Below, one piece after another: positions 13,947 to 26,600 of a DNA stretch of 64,000 nucleotides. The translations under genes were made by a program, and so were the position numbers. Position 1 is the stretch's first letter, and each line of letters begins with the position of its first letter. Under the pieces are notes generated by a model. It saw only the letters and a list, made by a program, of their open reading frames with translations, did no database searches and was not told where the DNA came from. Origin of the DNA: Paraspadella gotoi (Eukaryota > Animalia > Chaetognatha); NCBI GenBank assembly GCA_051294375.1, contig CM119264.1, positions 3,938,247-4,002,246 of the forward strand, written 5' to 3'.

Positions 13947-14760
13947 GTGAGGAAGAGAAAGGCACAGTTTTTTAGAATCATTTTTACTAGTGGTAGTGTT
14001 GGTTTCTGGTCATCGTTCCTAACAGCGTAGGACTGGGAAGTGTTCTTTTCTCAGTGGACAATTAGTTGAATTATGTAATGTATTGGTAAGGAAGAGAAAG
14101 GCACAGTTTTCTAGAATCATTTTTACTAGCGGTAGCGTTGGTCATCGCTCTTAACAGCGTAGGACTGGGAAGTGTTCCTTTCTCAGTGGACAATTAGTTG
14201 GATTATGTAATGTATTGGTAAAGAAAAGAAAGGGACAGTTTTCTAGCATCATTTTTACTAGCGGTAGCGTTACTCATCTCTCTTTACAGCGTAGGACGGG
14301 GAAGTGTTCCTTTCTCAGTGGACAATCACTTGGATTATGTAATGAATTGGTAAGGAAAAGAAAGGCACAGTTTTCTGGCCTCAATTTTACGAGTGGTAGC
14401 GTTGGTTTCTGGTCATTGTTATTAACAGTGGAGGACTGGGAAGTGTTCCTTTCTCAGTGGACAATTAGTTGGATTATGTAATGTATTGGTAAGGAAGAGA
14501 AAGGCACAGTTTTCTAGAATCATTTTTACTAGCGGTAGCGTTGGTCATCGTAGGACTGGGAAGGGTTCCTTTCTCATTGGACAATTACTTGGATTATGTA
14601 ATGAATTTAATGGTTTCTGATCATTGCTCTTAACATTGTTGTACTGGCAGCATTAATTTCTCAGTGGGCAATTACACGGAACAGGTAGTGGACGTCTGAG
14701 GTAGAAAAAGGCACACTTTTTTAAAGAGTCATTTCTACTCTCAGAAGCGTTGGACCATTG
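13880..14760 (+). repeat. ~7 tandem copies of a ~130-bp unit spanning the exon 2 3' end and splice donor
   Basis: The anchor ggac(t/g)ggga recurs at ~13902, 14030, 14162, 14294, 14433 and 14553, with a diverged copy at ~14641. Shared blocks include ttctcagtggacaatt and aaggcacagtttt. Confidence 0.9.
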
Positions 14761-14889
14761 ATTTTTAAATACATATTAGATGAAACAAAGGCAGTTTCCA
14801 CATGAAGTGTCAACGAGATAGCATTGTATCTTCAATGTTGCGTGCGATTCCCATCGTATTAAACGTTGCTGCATATCTTTTATTTTCAG

Positions 14890-14991
14890 ACATTAATGTC
14901 CAGAAAATATTTGGATTTCGTCGTTGAAAAAGAAGAAATTATAAACAAACTTAATTTGATTCACGTTCTTTTCGAATCATTTCCTCAACTG
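14890..14991 (+). CDS. XK-related protein, coding exon 3 (TLMSRKYLDF...LIHVLFESFPQL)
   Basis: Acceptor ttttcag| and donor CTG|gtgatt. Spliced to the next exon it gives FESFPQLVVQ, matching the XK-family E-S-x-P-Q-L-x-x-Q signature. Confidence 0.85.
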
Positions 14992-15106
14992 GTGATTATA
15001 GTAGTGTATGAGCAAATAATATTATATTACATTAAAAACATTAAAAAAAAAAAGCTTTTTCGAGAAAGATATGTGAATTAGTGATTATCAATCTTTTAAT
15101 TTCCAG

Positions 15107-17137
15107 GTGGTGCAGAGTGTCGCCACTTTGTTTGAATGGACATCAGAAAATAAGAATTTATGTTTCCACAGATATTTTCTTCGTACCCTGCCTACAAACT
15201 ATAGAGTTGTTCAAGGTTCATTGTGGCGATTAAACGAAATAAAACATCATAACAGAATTAAACAATGTTATTGCTCGATTATATTTGAAAAAGGATTTAG
15301 ATCTTTTTATTGCAAATGGAAACTTGAAAATTGGGACGTACTTTTGTCCATGGCTCTCTCCACAATCAGTTTAGCCAAGGCTGCCATTGAATTTAGAATT
15401 TGTTTTCTCTGTCCGCAGCGACCTGAAAAACTTCGTGAATATTTAGGCAAATTTACTTACTTTTTTGGGATTTTTCAGGGTTTCTATGGCTTGTCCCTTT
15501 GCTGTACAATTATTCTCGTGAAGGCGTTATCTTTTAATTTTGTGTATTTCGGTTTTTTCACCATTTCGGTTTTTAGAGTTTTTACCCCTTTAGAAACTAG
15601 GGACGTTTTGCGATGGCTAAAAAACGATTCAAATTCACCAAAAACAATTAAAAGTTTGAGAAAACAAATCTTTTTACAAATTTCCATGTTACCTTTTCTG
15701 AATTTGGTCTTATTTTCATTTTTTCATTCGCATTCTAAGTTTTCGCATCTTCGTGATAAATATTTGAAAAGAAATTGGGGCTTAAGCCATCTTGATAATT
15801 ACGAAGCAGCACGAATATTTTTTATAAGTTTTCGAACAAGCTTTAGGGAGTATTATCGACCGTTAAATATTGATAATCCAAAAATAAATAATATACGCGA
15901 CATATCCGGCTGTGAATTGCTCACCGCTTCTGTTCCTTTAAAAAACATGCGATATGTGCAAAAAGTACATTTGGGTAATTACTCCTTTTTGAGGCTTGAC
16001 CCAATTTTGTTAGATATTATGGTCTTGATTGACATAGTGCTGAGCATGATATATACGGGTTTAATCCTAATTGTTAATAAATTTAGTGCTGTATTTTGGA
16101 GTTTGGTATCTTTGATTTTTATGGTCGGTGTAATCTTGTACATATATATTTACTTTAATATTCACCATATCAATCTTATAGCATTTAAAGATCAACCATT
16201 AAAAAATAGTAACATTGGATTATTCATTTATCCAGGAAATTGGAGCATAAATTCCTTATATATAACCCGAACTGAATATGAGAAAAAAATTGCTAATTCA
16301 CTATGGTTCATATCTGGATTTGACACATTGATATCGGTCCTGTGGTTGATCTTCGTATCCTTTGTTATCATTTTTACCCTAGAAAAGCTTTTTAATTTAC
16401 AAAAAAATATAAAGTGCTCGTGTAGAAACAATTTTTTCAATTATTTACGAGTAAAATTCGTGTTTACATTTTTATTTAATACTATGATATCTTTCACAGG
16501 ATTGTATGTTAATATGTACAAGAAATATCTTCTTAAAAAAGTTACTCAAGATTACTTAATATTCTGTTCTACATCAAAAACCCCTGGTAAGGAACCATTT
16601 CAGGATATTTTCACAGCTACACACATGATAAAAATGTCTTATTTTTTTACCTGTTTGTCAATTTTGCCATTGTACAAATTTCTACTCCAGCGATCTCTCG
16701 AAAAAATTATCAAACTCAAAAATTTTCTCAGAATTATTTTCATTGTGATTTTAATTTCTTGTTTTGCGTCTCTATACAAGATGTCGATCGTCGTCCCTCC
16801 TTTTGAAATACGGGCCAACGTCTCTCAAGATTTTTGGCTTAAATTGAGATGGAATATTAATTATTTCGTCCTAACTAAAGAGTCAAGAGAATATGAAGAT
16901 TACAAAGTCTTTGATCCTATTTACTCGGTTCCACTTGATACCTTTTGGAAATTATGCTTTTCGGGTGAAAAAATTCGCCGGTTTTTACCTGAAGACGATA
17001 ACTTGGAACAAGGGTATTATGAATATCTTAAAATTTCGCTAAATCATGCTCACGAATTGCATGTTGAAAATAGGATTGACTTGTATCAGTTCTTTTTTAT
17101 ATTTGTTCCTTTGACTATTTTTCTTTCTATTTTCTAA
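15107..17137 (+). CDS. XK-related protein, large terminal exon (676 codons, many TM helices)
   Basis: Longest clean ORF in the window. It begins at acceptor ttccag|GTG rather than a start codon. Contains the XK-like LLSMALSTISLAKAAIEF helix and many further hydrophobic segments. Confidence 0.85.
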   Translation: MVQSVATLFEWTSENKNLCFHRYFLRTLPTNYRVVQGSLWRLNEIKHHNRIKQCYCSIIFEKGFRSFYCKWKLENWDVLLSMALSTISLAKAAIEFRICFLCPQRPEKLREYLGKFTYFFGIFQGFYGLSLCCTIILVKALSFNFVYFGFFTISVFRVFTPLETRDVLRWLKNDSNSPKTIKSLRKQIFLQISMLPFLNLVLFSFFHSHSKFSHLRDKYLKRNWGLSHLDNYEAARIFFISFRTSFREYYRPLNIDNPKINNIRDISGCELLTASVPLKNMRYVQKVHLGNYSFLRLDPILLDIMVLIDIVLSMIYTGLILIVNKFSAVFWSLVSLIFMVGVILYIYIYFNIHHINLIAFKDQPLKNSNIGLFIYPGNWSINSLYITRTEYEKKIANSLWFISGFDTLISVLWLIFVSFVIIFTLEKLFNLQKNIKCSCRNNFFNYLRVKFVFTFLFNTMISFTGLYVNMYKKYLLKKVTQDYLIFCSTSKTPGKEPFQDIFTATHMIKMSYFFTCLSILPLYKFLLQRSLEKIIKLKNFLRIIFIVILISCFASLYKMSIVVPPFEIRANVSQDFWLKLRWNINYFVLTKESREYEDYKVFDPIYSVPLDTFWKLCFSGEKIRRFLPEDDNLEQGYYEYLKISLNHAHELHVENRIDLYQFFFIFVPLTIFLSIF

Positions 17138-17483
17138 TCAGTAATTAACATGTTTAGTTGATTTTTAATTATCCTTTTATATTATGTAATTATTTCACTA
17201 TTTAAATCGTACATTTAGGTTATTTATTAGGACTAATCGCTTAGTTGTTCTTCCAGTAAATTTGAAAGAAAATCGCGTAAATAAGTATTTCAATTTCAAA
17301 TTAAATCATTAGATTAAATTAAAAAGAAATTGCACAGTTTATTTCTTTCGATCTTATTGTTCAAAGCACTCATTTGGTGGAAAACCGATTTTTAATTAAT
17401 GCGCTGTTAACTAGAAACTAGAAACTAGAATTGGCATATTGTTCTCAGATAGTTTTTTAATCTCGACTGAAGATTTTGCTTAA

Positions 17484-17539
<56 letters not shown>

Positions 17540-17771
17540 CTACCCCCGACCGATTGGATTCATGCAATATGAATTTGCAATTGCGAATGATTCCTCGCTG
17601 TCGGATCCCGCGCAAGAAATCGATGTTGGAAGAAAAGAAAGAGCGAAAAGAAAAAAAATTTAAGAAAGAATTGTGAAGTTGAGTCATCGGGTGCAGAATA
17701 TTGTAAATAATTTGTTATGTTATGTAATGTAAGGTAATGAAATATATTGTAAAGAAATGTAATGTAACCTA

Positions 17772-17892
17772 GCGTAACGTAACGTAACGTAACGTAACGT
17801 AACGTAACGTAACGTAACGTAACGTAACGTAACGTAACGTAACGTAACGTAACGTAACGTAACGTAACGTAGCGTAACGTAGCGTAACGTAA
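17772..17892 (+). repeat. (CGTAA)n pentanucleotide microsatellite (second copy ~32133-32227)
   Basis: Read directly from the sequence. Confidence 0.95.
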
Positions 17893-18283
17893 TGTGGGAA
17901 GGGATGAGGTGATTCGGTGGTTTGATTTGGTGGATCTAGGGTTATGGGGTGATTGAAGTACGGGTGAAAGGGTGATGGGGTGAAGGGGTAATGGGGTGAA
18001 AGTGTGATGGGGTAATGTCGGTAAAGTAATTATAACTGTACCCCGCGGTGATTGGCTACTGTATTTACCATTCGTATTCCTGTTAGCTTAAGTGTTGGCG
18101 TTTCGTTAAGACTAAGAGAGACAAAATGTTATCACAGAGAGTGAGAACAAGAAAGTGAGTTGAGACGTCTGGCTGTTGGGTAAGGAAAGAATGAACTAAG
18201 GAAAGGATAAAAAAAAGGGAAAGAAAGGAAATCGTTAAGGGAGGAAAAGGGTCAAGGATCCCGCCGTGAATGGGATTGCATGG

Positions 18284-18314
<31 letters not shown>

Positions 18315-18353
18315 TGTCTTACTCTTCACAGATATCGTCGTCATCGTCGTTAT

Positions 18354-18384
<31 letters not shown>

Positions 18385-18714
18385 TTCCTCGTCTTCCTCG
18401 TCTTCCTCCTTAATCTGAATGGGAATTCCAGACTTTTTAAAAAGGTAAGAAATGTGTTTGATAAAATCGTTCTTGAAATAGTAATCAAAAGACTATTTAT
18501 CGAAACGTTTTTTTTAATTTCTAGTTTCTATTTTCCTTTTTAACGAAATCAAAAACAGTAAAAAATCAATCATTTTTCTTCCTCTAATTCGCACGAAACG
18601 AAGGAAAAGTAAAAACGCAATGTCTCCAAATAACTGAGAAGTACAAGTATGTAGGTGACACGCTTCAGTTAAAATATAAATACGGAAAGAAAAAAAAAAG
18701 ATAAATGAAAAAAA

Positions 18715-19075
18715 TGAAGAAAGGGACGGGGCGGATGAAGAAAGGAAAGAAAGGATTGCGGGCCGTCGATTTGAAACGAAGGGAGAACAGGTCTACAAGG
18801 ATGGCGGATGAAGAAGGATGGGGGCGGATGAAAGAAAGGGAGAAAAGAAAGGATGAGGCATGAAGAAAGGGACACGAGAGGGCGGATGAAGAAAGGAGTA
18901 AAAGAAAAGGATGGGGCGGATGAGAAAGGGAATGGGCGATAAGAAGAAAGGGGTGAGAAAAGGGATGGGGCGGATGTAGAGAAAGGAGAAAGAAGGCGGA
19001 TGAAGAATGGGAAAAGAAAGGATGGGCCCGCGGATGAAGAAAGGGATGACAGGAGCCGGATGAAGAAAGGGATGC
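18715..19075 (+). repeat. Degenerate minisatellite with core ggcggatgaagaaagg
   Basis: About 10 imperfect copies here versus about 4 in the homologous block at ~33115-33200. Confidence 0.8.
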
Positions 19076-19199
19076 GGGAGGACATTGTCCCCAATTCCAT
19101 TTCTTTCCAACTTGTCGAGTCTCATTATCAATAATGACTGCTCACAACCGTGCATCCATAACCATAAATGGCGGCGAGGGGACGAGAAGAAGAAGAGAG

Positions 19200-19255
<56 letters not shown>

Positions 19256-21829
19256 CTCTCCGNNNNNNNNNNNNNNNNNNNNNNNNNGAAAAGTGTTGGT
19301 GGGCGGATTTCTGCAGAGAGGATGCTCGGCGCGCAGCGCATCGCGTGATTGCCTCACAGGGCCAGCACGAATGGAGTTCTGTACGGGGGCCCGGGATCGA
19401 CCAGGAAGGCACCTTAATGAAGTGGATCTGTTAACTGAGAAGAGAGGCACAACACAGGCGAACGCGGGGCCTGGTCAAATTGATCATCACATTCTTTACA
19501 CCAGCTTAATGGCAAATAATAACGGTGCTCTAAAAGGCCTGAAAAGTAGAAACGACATAAATGAACAACGGTAATCATAATTCACAGAGAACGGAAATGT
19601 TTTATTTGATAGGAGTCTTTAATGAGTTTCAAAAGAGCTCTTTGATGGATCGACGAAAGTCCCTTCAGCGTGATTCGCACGAGTTTCGCTCCTACATCCT
19701 CCCCTTTCTTCTAAGCACTGCATTCGCCCCGATCAGTCCATATTTGGACGAATAGCGCGGCACAAATCGACTAAAGGAGAACGCATTTGGCGGCGCGATG
19801 AGAAAGGGCCATGGATGAGGGCACATCTTGCTTTCTCCCAGGAACAATTTTAGGCGCGGACTGCCAGAACGAGCCGCCGGTAATCTTTGCGTCGGCCAGA
19901 GTATTTCATAGACATTCCCAACCGAACTCTTATTCACACAGATCAGACAGCATCTAACCAATTGTGTTAAGGGAAGCACGTGAAGTCCACGTCTCGGAAA
20001 AAGGTCCAAAAAGTGGCGCTCGTTTAACGATTAAAAAAAAACGACGAGTGAGTGCGCACGTTGTATGTTTCTCCATTGCGCTAATCAAAAGTTACGGAAA
20101 TTTTGTAGCAAAGTGAAAATTCTTTGTTTCGCGCAATAGAAGGTTAAGAAATCTACTTGGTACTCTTGTTCCAGTCCAGGGAGCGGAGTATGGTTTAGAG
20201 GACACAATGCAACATTTCGGAAGCTTCGAGCGCGTTCTGGGAATTTTCTCCTCAAACGATTTTTCTCCTTAATTGATGTGCCACATTCCTGCATCTCGCA
20301 AACAAGAGGTTAAATCGTGGCAGGCGCCTATTAAGAGGGCTTCCCACAGGATAGGAGAAAAGGCCGGTCGTCACGGTCGGCATTAAGGGAACTTTTTTCT
20401 TGTAGGAAAGGCCACCGCATATCAACAACAAAGCGGCAAGAGTAAGGTGTGGAATTTCGCGGATTCGGTCTGTGCAAGACGCGGAAAAGCCTTTTCTTTT
20501 GCCTTTTGCATATGTTCAAGCATGGAATAATCCTGTTCTGCTGTCTCATTGGCCGAAAATAGATCGAGGATAATTTCCACACGTTGACTTGCCAGGACAA
20601 TTTCGTAGTTTAGATTGGAGGCAGATCTGCTTGGTGACCTTCGCACATGTTGGCGAATGAAACGGCCAACGTTGTAGGAGAAAAATTTAACGTCGAAATC
20701 CAAGATATCGTCGTATCAATGAAAAGGAAATTTGCATGGTGATGCAACTTTTTGAGATCAAAACCTTGTTGTCAAATGGTCTATGACAAATTGGGACAAT
20801 AAGTGAGATTCGTTTTTTCTGAAAGTTTTTTGTAGCCGCTTTTTTTAAAATGTTTGTTCGGCCACCCACCCATTGAAGAACAATAATCCTAAAGAACACA
20901 CGCGGAGCAAGGAAAAGTGCTCAAGGCTGGACAAGGCCGTATAGAAGTACACTGGGGCCAAAAATATTTTTAGCCAGAACGGCACGCCGGACTAAGTCGT
21001 TCAGCCGACGCAGCAGAGAAAAAGTCATCATAGCCTTTACAAGATTGAGCAAGGCTTTTCGACGATTGGATTTGGTACGTTGAGGCATTTATGGCGCAAG
21101 TGAATTTCTACCATCTTCATCGTTTTGAAAGGCGTTAATGCACTGAATTTTTCTCAAGTACCTCATCAGTCGGCGTCCTTTCTCCAATTTGGTCTATTTT
21201 CACTTTAACAGATGTTTTTAGTTTTTTTGTGGTTGATGGTGCTGGACGATGCCTGAGTGATCGCGATCTCTTTGTTTTGTTACGTCTTGAGTTGTTCAGT
21301 AGATTTTGTTTTCGTTACTTCTTTCGTGGTAGTTGTTTAAGATGGTAGAGGTAACATGTTTTTTGTCAGACTTTTGTTGTTTATTTGTCGTTGTTGTTCA
21401 GTTGAGGCTAACTGTGACGTTTGCTGAATGAATAGAGTTCTCTGTACCACAGACGCTGGGACCACGGCCGAGTTGATTTAGCAGTCGACAAAGACAATTT
21501 CTGTTTTGTCTTTTTTTCCAAACTCTTTCAGTCTCTTAAGTTTGCCCGCCGGAGCACGATTGGCAGTTTTAATTTTTTTCTAATGGTCTCTTCTTTCGGC
21601 TTCTTACAACAACGAAACTGAAGTAAATAAACGCTGTCTCTAATGCCACGCAATATGCGTTTAAAATTGTCATAAGGGTGCTCCTCTCTCGTATTGAATT
21701 TTTGCTATATAAATAGAAACTTCCTGCGTAGGGTCTTATCACGAATCGTCTGGGCAATGAGGTTCGGGAACCTAAAATCCAAGAACTCGAGGCACTCGAC
21801 GGGTCGCATCTTCTCGCTGCTGCCTTTGG

Positions 21830-22460
21830 CACTCACAACGCACTCATAGGATTTGAGTGCACTTGGCGACAAAACAATTGGGTCTTTCGCGAAGTCTGAG
21901 ACAGCGCATGATCACCAGGTGAACAGCTCGTTTGTCGCAGAAATTCTATTCTTAAACGCGAAATGAAAGAAAATCCAAGCGCGAAACTATGAATCACACC
22001 TCGCATCGATATACGCATGAGCCCCCACCCGACACACATCACTGCATAACGAGACAACGCACGTGCGATTCCTCGCTAGCGAAGTACTCACGACAGCGTG
22101 ACACACTCGCGCTGCCTGCTCACACAAGCCGTGCGCAGCTCAGGCCATTGAAGCCATCTCTCAGTGCACGTCGATGATCTCTGATTTTTATTCGGCAAGC
22201 AGAGCGAGATGCAAAGCTAGTGCATATTTGTTAGGATGTCTTTATCGACTCCTTTACCAACGAATGACTGCCGTTGGGATGGAAAAGAATTTCACGAAGA
22301 ACTGTAGCAGCGTCCCTTCTTGAAGGCCAGGATCTTTCCTTTGTGCGACTGTAATTGATAAATTCGCCATGGACCTCTTCGTTTATCGATTGCTGCAGAC
22401 AGCTGCCAAGCGTTGAGCCGTTGGTTTTCGGAGTCCAAACAATGACGGAGAGGGCATTTT
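21830..22460 (-). pseudogene. Putative DEDDy (WRN/EXD/Mut-7-like) 3'-5' exonuclease domain in an extra ORF of the Gypsy element
   Basis: One frame reads CLDSENQRLNAWQLSAAIDKRRGPWRIYQLQSHKGKILAF (ExoI DxE plus QL strand). Across frameshifts this continues VLREILFHP, VGKGVDKDIL (ExoII), EIIDV and later SDFAKDP. The ExoIII Y...D is not cleanly readable. Confidence 0.55.
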
Positions 22461-23642
22461 GCTTCTATCAAGAAGGTCCACTATATGAAAACGAACAACC
22501 CGACTTTCTTTCATCGCTGTGAGTTCGTTACGATGAGACGATTTTTTGACGGAATTGGAGCATTCGAGAGCGAATTGTTTTTTCTCATTTCATAAATTCA
22601 TTATTCTTTCATTGATCGCGACGTCGATCGTTAGCTTCTTGTCGCTTTAGGCTCCTTTTAGCGCAAAGGTGGCAAGCCTTTTCTCAATCGCTCAATGTCG
22701 ACGTCGCTTAACTTTATGTCTTACTCAGTGCACCTTTGCTTATCAACACTTTTTTCCTCCTTGCTGCGCGGGCTCGTTACCAAGAACTGGAGCCTGGAGG
22801 TCGGGGGGCACAAGGGGTGGATCAGGGCCGGGAAAAAATTCTTTTGGACGGGAAGCCATGGCCGATCCTTGACTTGCGAGTTTGACCTTAAGTAGGCATT
22901 GCTCCCCATCTTCTTTCTTTTTCCATTTTTTGGAAATAGCCCTCGATTAATTGCGGCGACTTGTAATTGCCCGTAGAACCGAACTTTAACTAGCTCTCGA
23001 ATTGAAACACTGGCCAATAAAATTTCAGTTTAAATTTAAAATTAGCTCGATGTTTCAACAGGATATGAGATTAATTAGCAAAGCTTAACTCTATCAACAA
23101 CCATTTGGCATTTTGGCCAAAAAAAACAATTTATTTCTAAGAGGCCTGCAGGGCTTAGTTAGTCCTATACTTAAATTATATTATAATATGTTTTTTTTTT
23201 TTTATATTTTGATATTCTTACACAACCACACCCCACGTCATAGCTCTTCCATGCCTAACGCGGATACACTGAGAACCCTCACACTGATACAGCCACTAGG
23301 TTTTTGTGTATTTTGTAGTTAATGTTCTCAAATGTTAGAGAATTCAATCTTCAGGCGATTTTGCGGGCGCTGTCGCAGTCATGAACACAATCATACAATG
23401 TTATTTTCTTGAGTTGTTTATTTCGGTTGTTTCAGGTAAAAGCCAAATTTCGAAGATGCTTTCAGCATTTGCAAATTCGAGTAAAATGAAAATTTGGAGC
23501 TAATTTATTTTCGGACATGATAAAAAATTGATCTGTAAGAACTACCGTTATGTAAACTAAACTTGATCGTCAAACATAAAAAATTAGATACAGGAAATAT
23601 CTACTGTAGACATAAAAATTTTACATTAAAATTTGATTTAAT

Positions 23643-26600
23643 CATCTTTTGGAGTACCTTGAGTACAGAGAGTTCTCCATAAGTGGACGGGCCGGTCTTG
23701 ATTTAGTTGCAGCTGGCATTGGCCAACGAAGCTCCTCACTTCGTAACCTTTTCAGCTACAAAAATCTTGAAGGAGACATTTTACTAACTTACAGATCTTT
23801 CTTTTTTCTTGTTCACTTCTTCTCACTAAGAGCCATCGAAGAGGGGGGTGTGAGTGGTTTACTAGCTGTCTTTCTCTTAATGAATCTGGAAGAATAGCAC
23901 TAGCGCAGACCTCGCCTTTCATCACCTCTAACAATAATAAGCCCTACCTACGTCGCACCACCAGTGACCCCTACCAAGCCAACCAATCGCCAACAACACC
24001 TAAAGCTCCCAGCTGCGAGGTAGCATTGTGGCATCTACGCAACATCACAACCCACCTACACTCATGCTCCAGACATACACTCAACAAAATCCTATCAGAG
24101 AATATGCGAGAGAGCGTCAAAGGACCTATCATCCCGATCAATAACAAGATACTAGCAACTCTAACCCGTACTCACTTTCGCTACGCGAAGGACCTCCTGC
24201 AGCGGTTCAGTCACAAAGCCAGTCGTTACCCGCGTAGACAGACGCTCACTCCGATATCTAACACTCACTGCCTCTCTCCACGTCCCGTTCTAAGACTCAC
24301 GTGACATCAACGCTTTCGGTTTCTAACCTTCTCTAGTCCACAAACGAATTGCTTTTCGCGCTTACCATTATCCAGTTGTCAAACATATCCAGACTCTCAT
24401 ACTTAACGGATGCGTCTATAAGCATCTGCGTGAAGGTTGCTGCTGTCACTGAGTAACTTTGCCCTCGGCGGCATCCAGAATACACATAGCGACAATGGTG
24501 ATGCACGCATCGTACCTGCTGCTACCTGAGCCCCCGGTCTTGCACTTCAGCATAAGATCTTCTTCATCTCGAAAGTCGCACAGGCTTAGTTGGATAGCTG
24601 CTGGACGATCCCGCTCGTGACCGGACCCAGGCATTGCGAGGCTAAAGTTTCTCTCCACTAAAATGATGCGTTTGGGCCATCCCACACCGTTGCCGAGACC
24701 TGCACGGGACAATCAGCAATCCTCCTCTGACATATCATGACTAATCCGAACTATATCCGACCATGACTCGCTCAAGCCAAGACAACGGACATCCATCAGC
24801 ACCAGAGTAATACTCAACAAATCATTATCATATGGACCCAGGTTACTTTCTCGCTCTAATAAACTATCTTGATTCCTGTACCTCATTTGCATTTCCAACC
24901 GATTTATCCATGTTAGTTGTTCTAGCCAGATGGCTCTCTTCGGCCCGCGAACGCCACACCATGATATCTCTTGCTCATCATCTCCCGATTATATATATTC
25001 CAGACGATATCATCGCATATGACGGTAACTATGCCGGCTCCTGAACCCTGAGGCCTAAGATCTTTCCTCTAACTATAATAGGCCCACGCCAACGTGGTTC
25101 TAACTTTTATTTCGTCTTTCATCCGGCCGGATCCTTTCGTAAACTTGATCTCCGGTCTCTCAAAGTAGAATTACCTTTTTGCTCATTATCTATTGTACCA
25201 TTCCTTCATCCTTAGACTTTTTTAGCTTTTTCTCTTGTTCTGGCCAATATCTACTTTTAACTTTTCATTTGCTATTTTGACGCTATTAGCTGAACGCTAT
25301 CTCGTTTAGAGCTCTTGTGCGTCTTACTTTTAAATTCTCGCCTCGCGCTAGATAGTGGGCGCTGCGCATACACTCAGCCCAAAGTGCGTCCGGAGGCCTT
25401 CCAAAAAAAGAGCAGTATGGGGATATATCACATTTTTTCGCGACACGGCCGGTGGATTGTGTTATGCCATTCTTACGCTATGGCAACGTTGATCTATCCA
25501 TTGATTTTCCATACTTGTTGATCTTTGTAAGGTCTTTGAAAATCATAGGCTTCTATTTTGCCTTTCTACATTTCCCTTGAGATTGGGGCTCTAGCCACTC
25601 AAGCTACACTAGTTACCGATTTTGCTTCGTTCCAAGACATCTTAACAATGATACAGCCTGCTCCCATTCCCACCTGCCTGAAACCCCAGCAAATTCTCCA
25701 CCATCTCTATTCTGATGTGAGTCGCTTTTGGAGGACCCCGCAAACACTTACAAGTTCTCCAGCCAACGCGCTTTTGCAATGCCTATGGAATTTTTGTTTT
25801 TACAGATCTTATAGCTTTATACCACTATACCTCGTACGCAAAACGTCTTTAAAACATACTCAGCAACAGCCTATATTTAAAAGTTCCACAAGGTGGCCAC
25901 AGGCCGAGTTGTTAGCCAAATCACACAACATCAACCATTGGTCGGAAGACATTTTCGGCAATGAAATAGGTTTGTAGTACAGATTTTTACTTTTGGCACC
26001 AGGGTTCACGTATTTTTATCACAAATTTTTGCAATTTTTTAGTAAACTCGGCAACATCTATTCCCTAGTGGGCCAGATGGGCAATAGCGTTTTATCTTGT
26101 TCTTGCATTTGGTATTACTTGGAATGGCCGGCAACAGACGGAACCATGGGAATCTTTTAGAACTTCCTTGACAAGAATTATCAGGCAGAACTGCTTGGAG
26201 GACAGGCGAGTGGATGCCCTTATTGAACCTTTTACGGATAAGGCACCCTTTAGAATGACAAGGTCTTTTTTAAAATTTCTTAAGATACCATTTTTCGGAA
26301 AGCTATAGGTTGGTCGCTTTTCCGGCTCTTGACGAATTCCATGACCTTCCGCCAATTATGGTCTTCTTCTTGCCGCGGTCTTTTTAAGCTGAGAACCGTC
26401 TTTCTTGGAATTCAGCTTTTAGCCGCACCTACTGATTTCATCAATCTCAATTTTTATGCCTTAGAAGGCGCCCATTTCTTTCATTATCTTGGTCAAAAGA
26501 GCATATTCGTCTTCTCGCAGGGTACTTCATCTTCCTCACCTCTCCTACTCATTGGGCATCCGCGTCTAAGTGGATCTTGCCTTGTTTTGTAGAGAAGTTC

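Noticed and set aside
13880-14760. CRISPR-like appearance of regularly spaced conserved blocks
   Set aside because: The intervening sequences are also homologous to each other, the context is a eukaryotic intron, and there are no cas genes.
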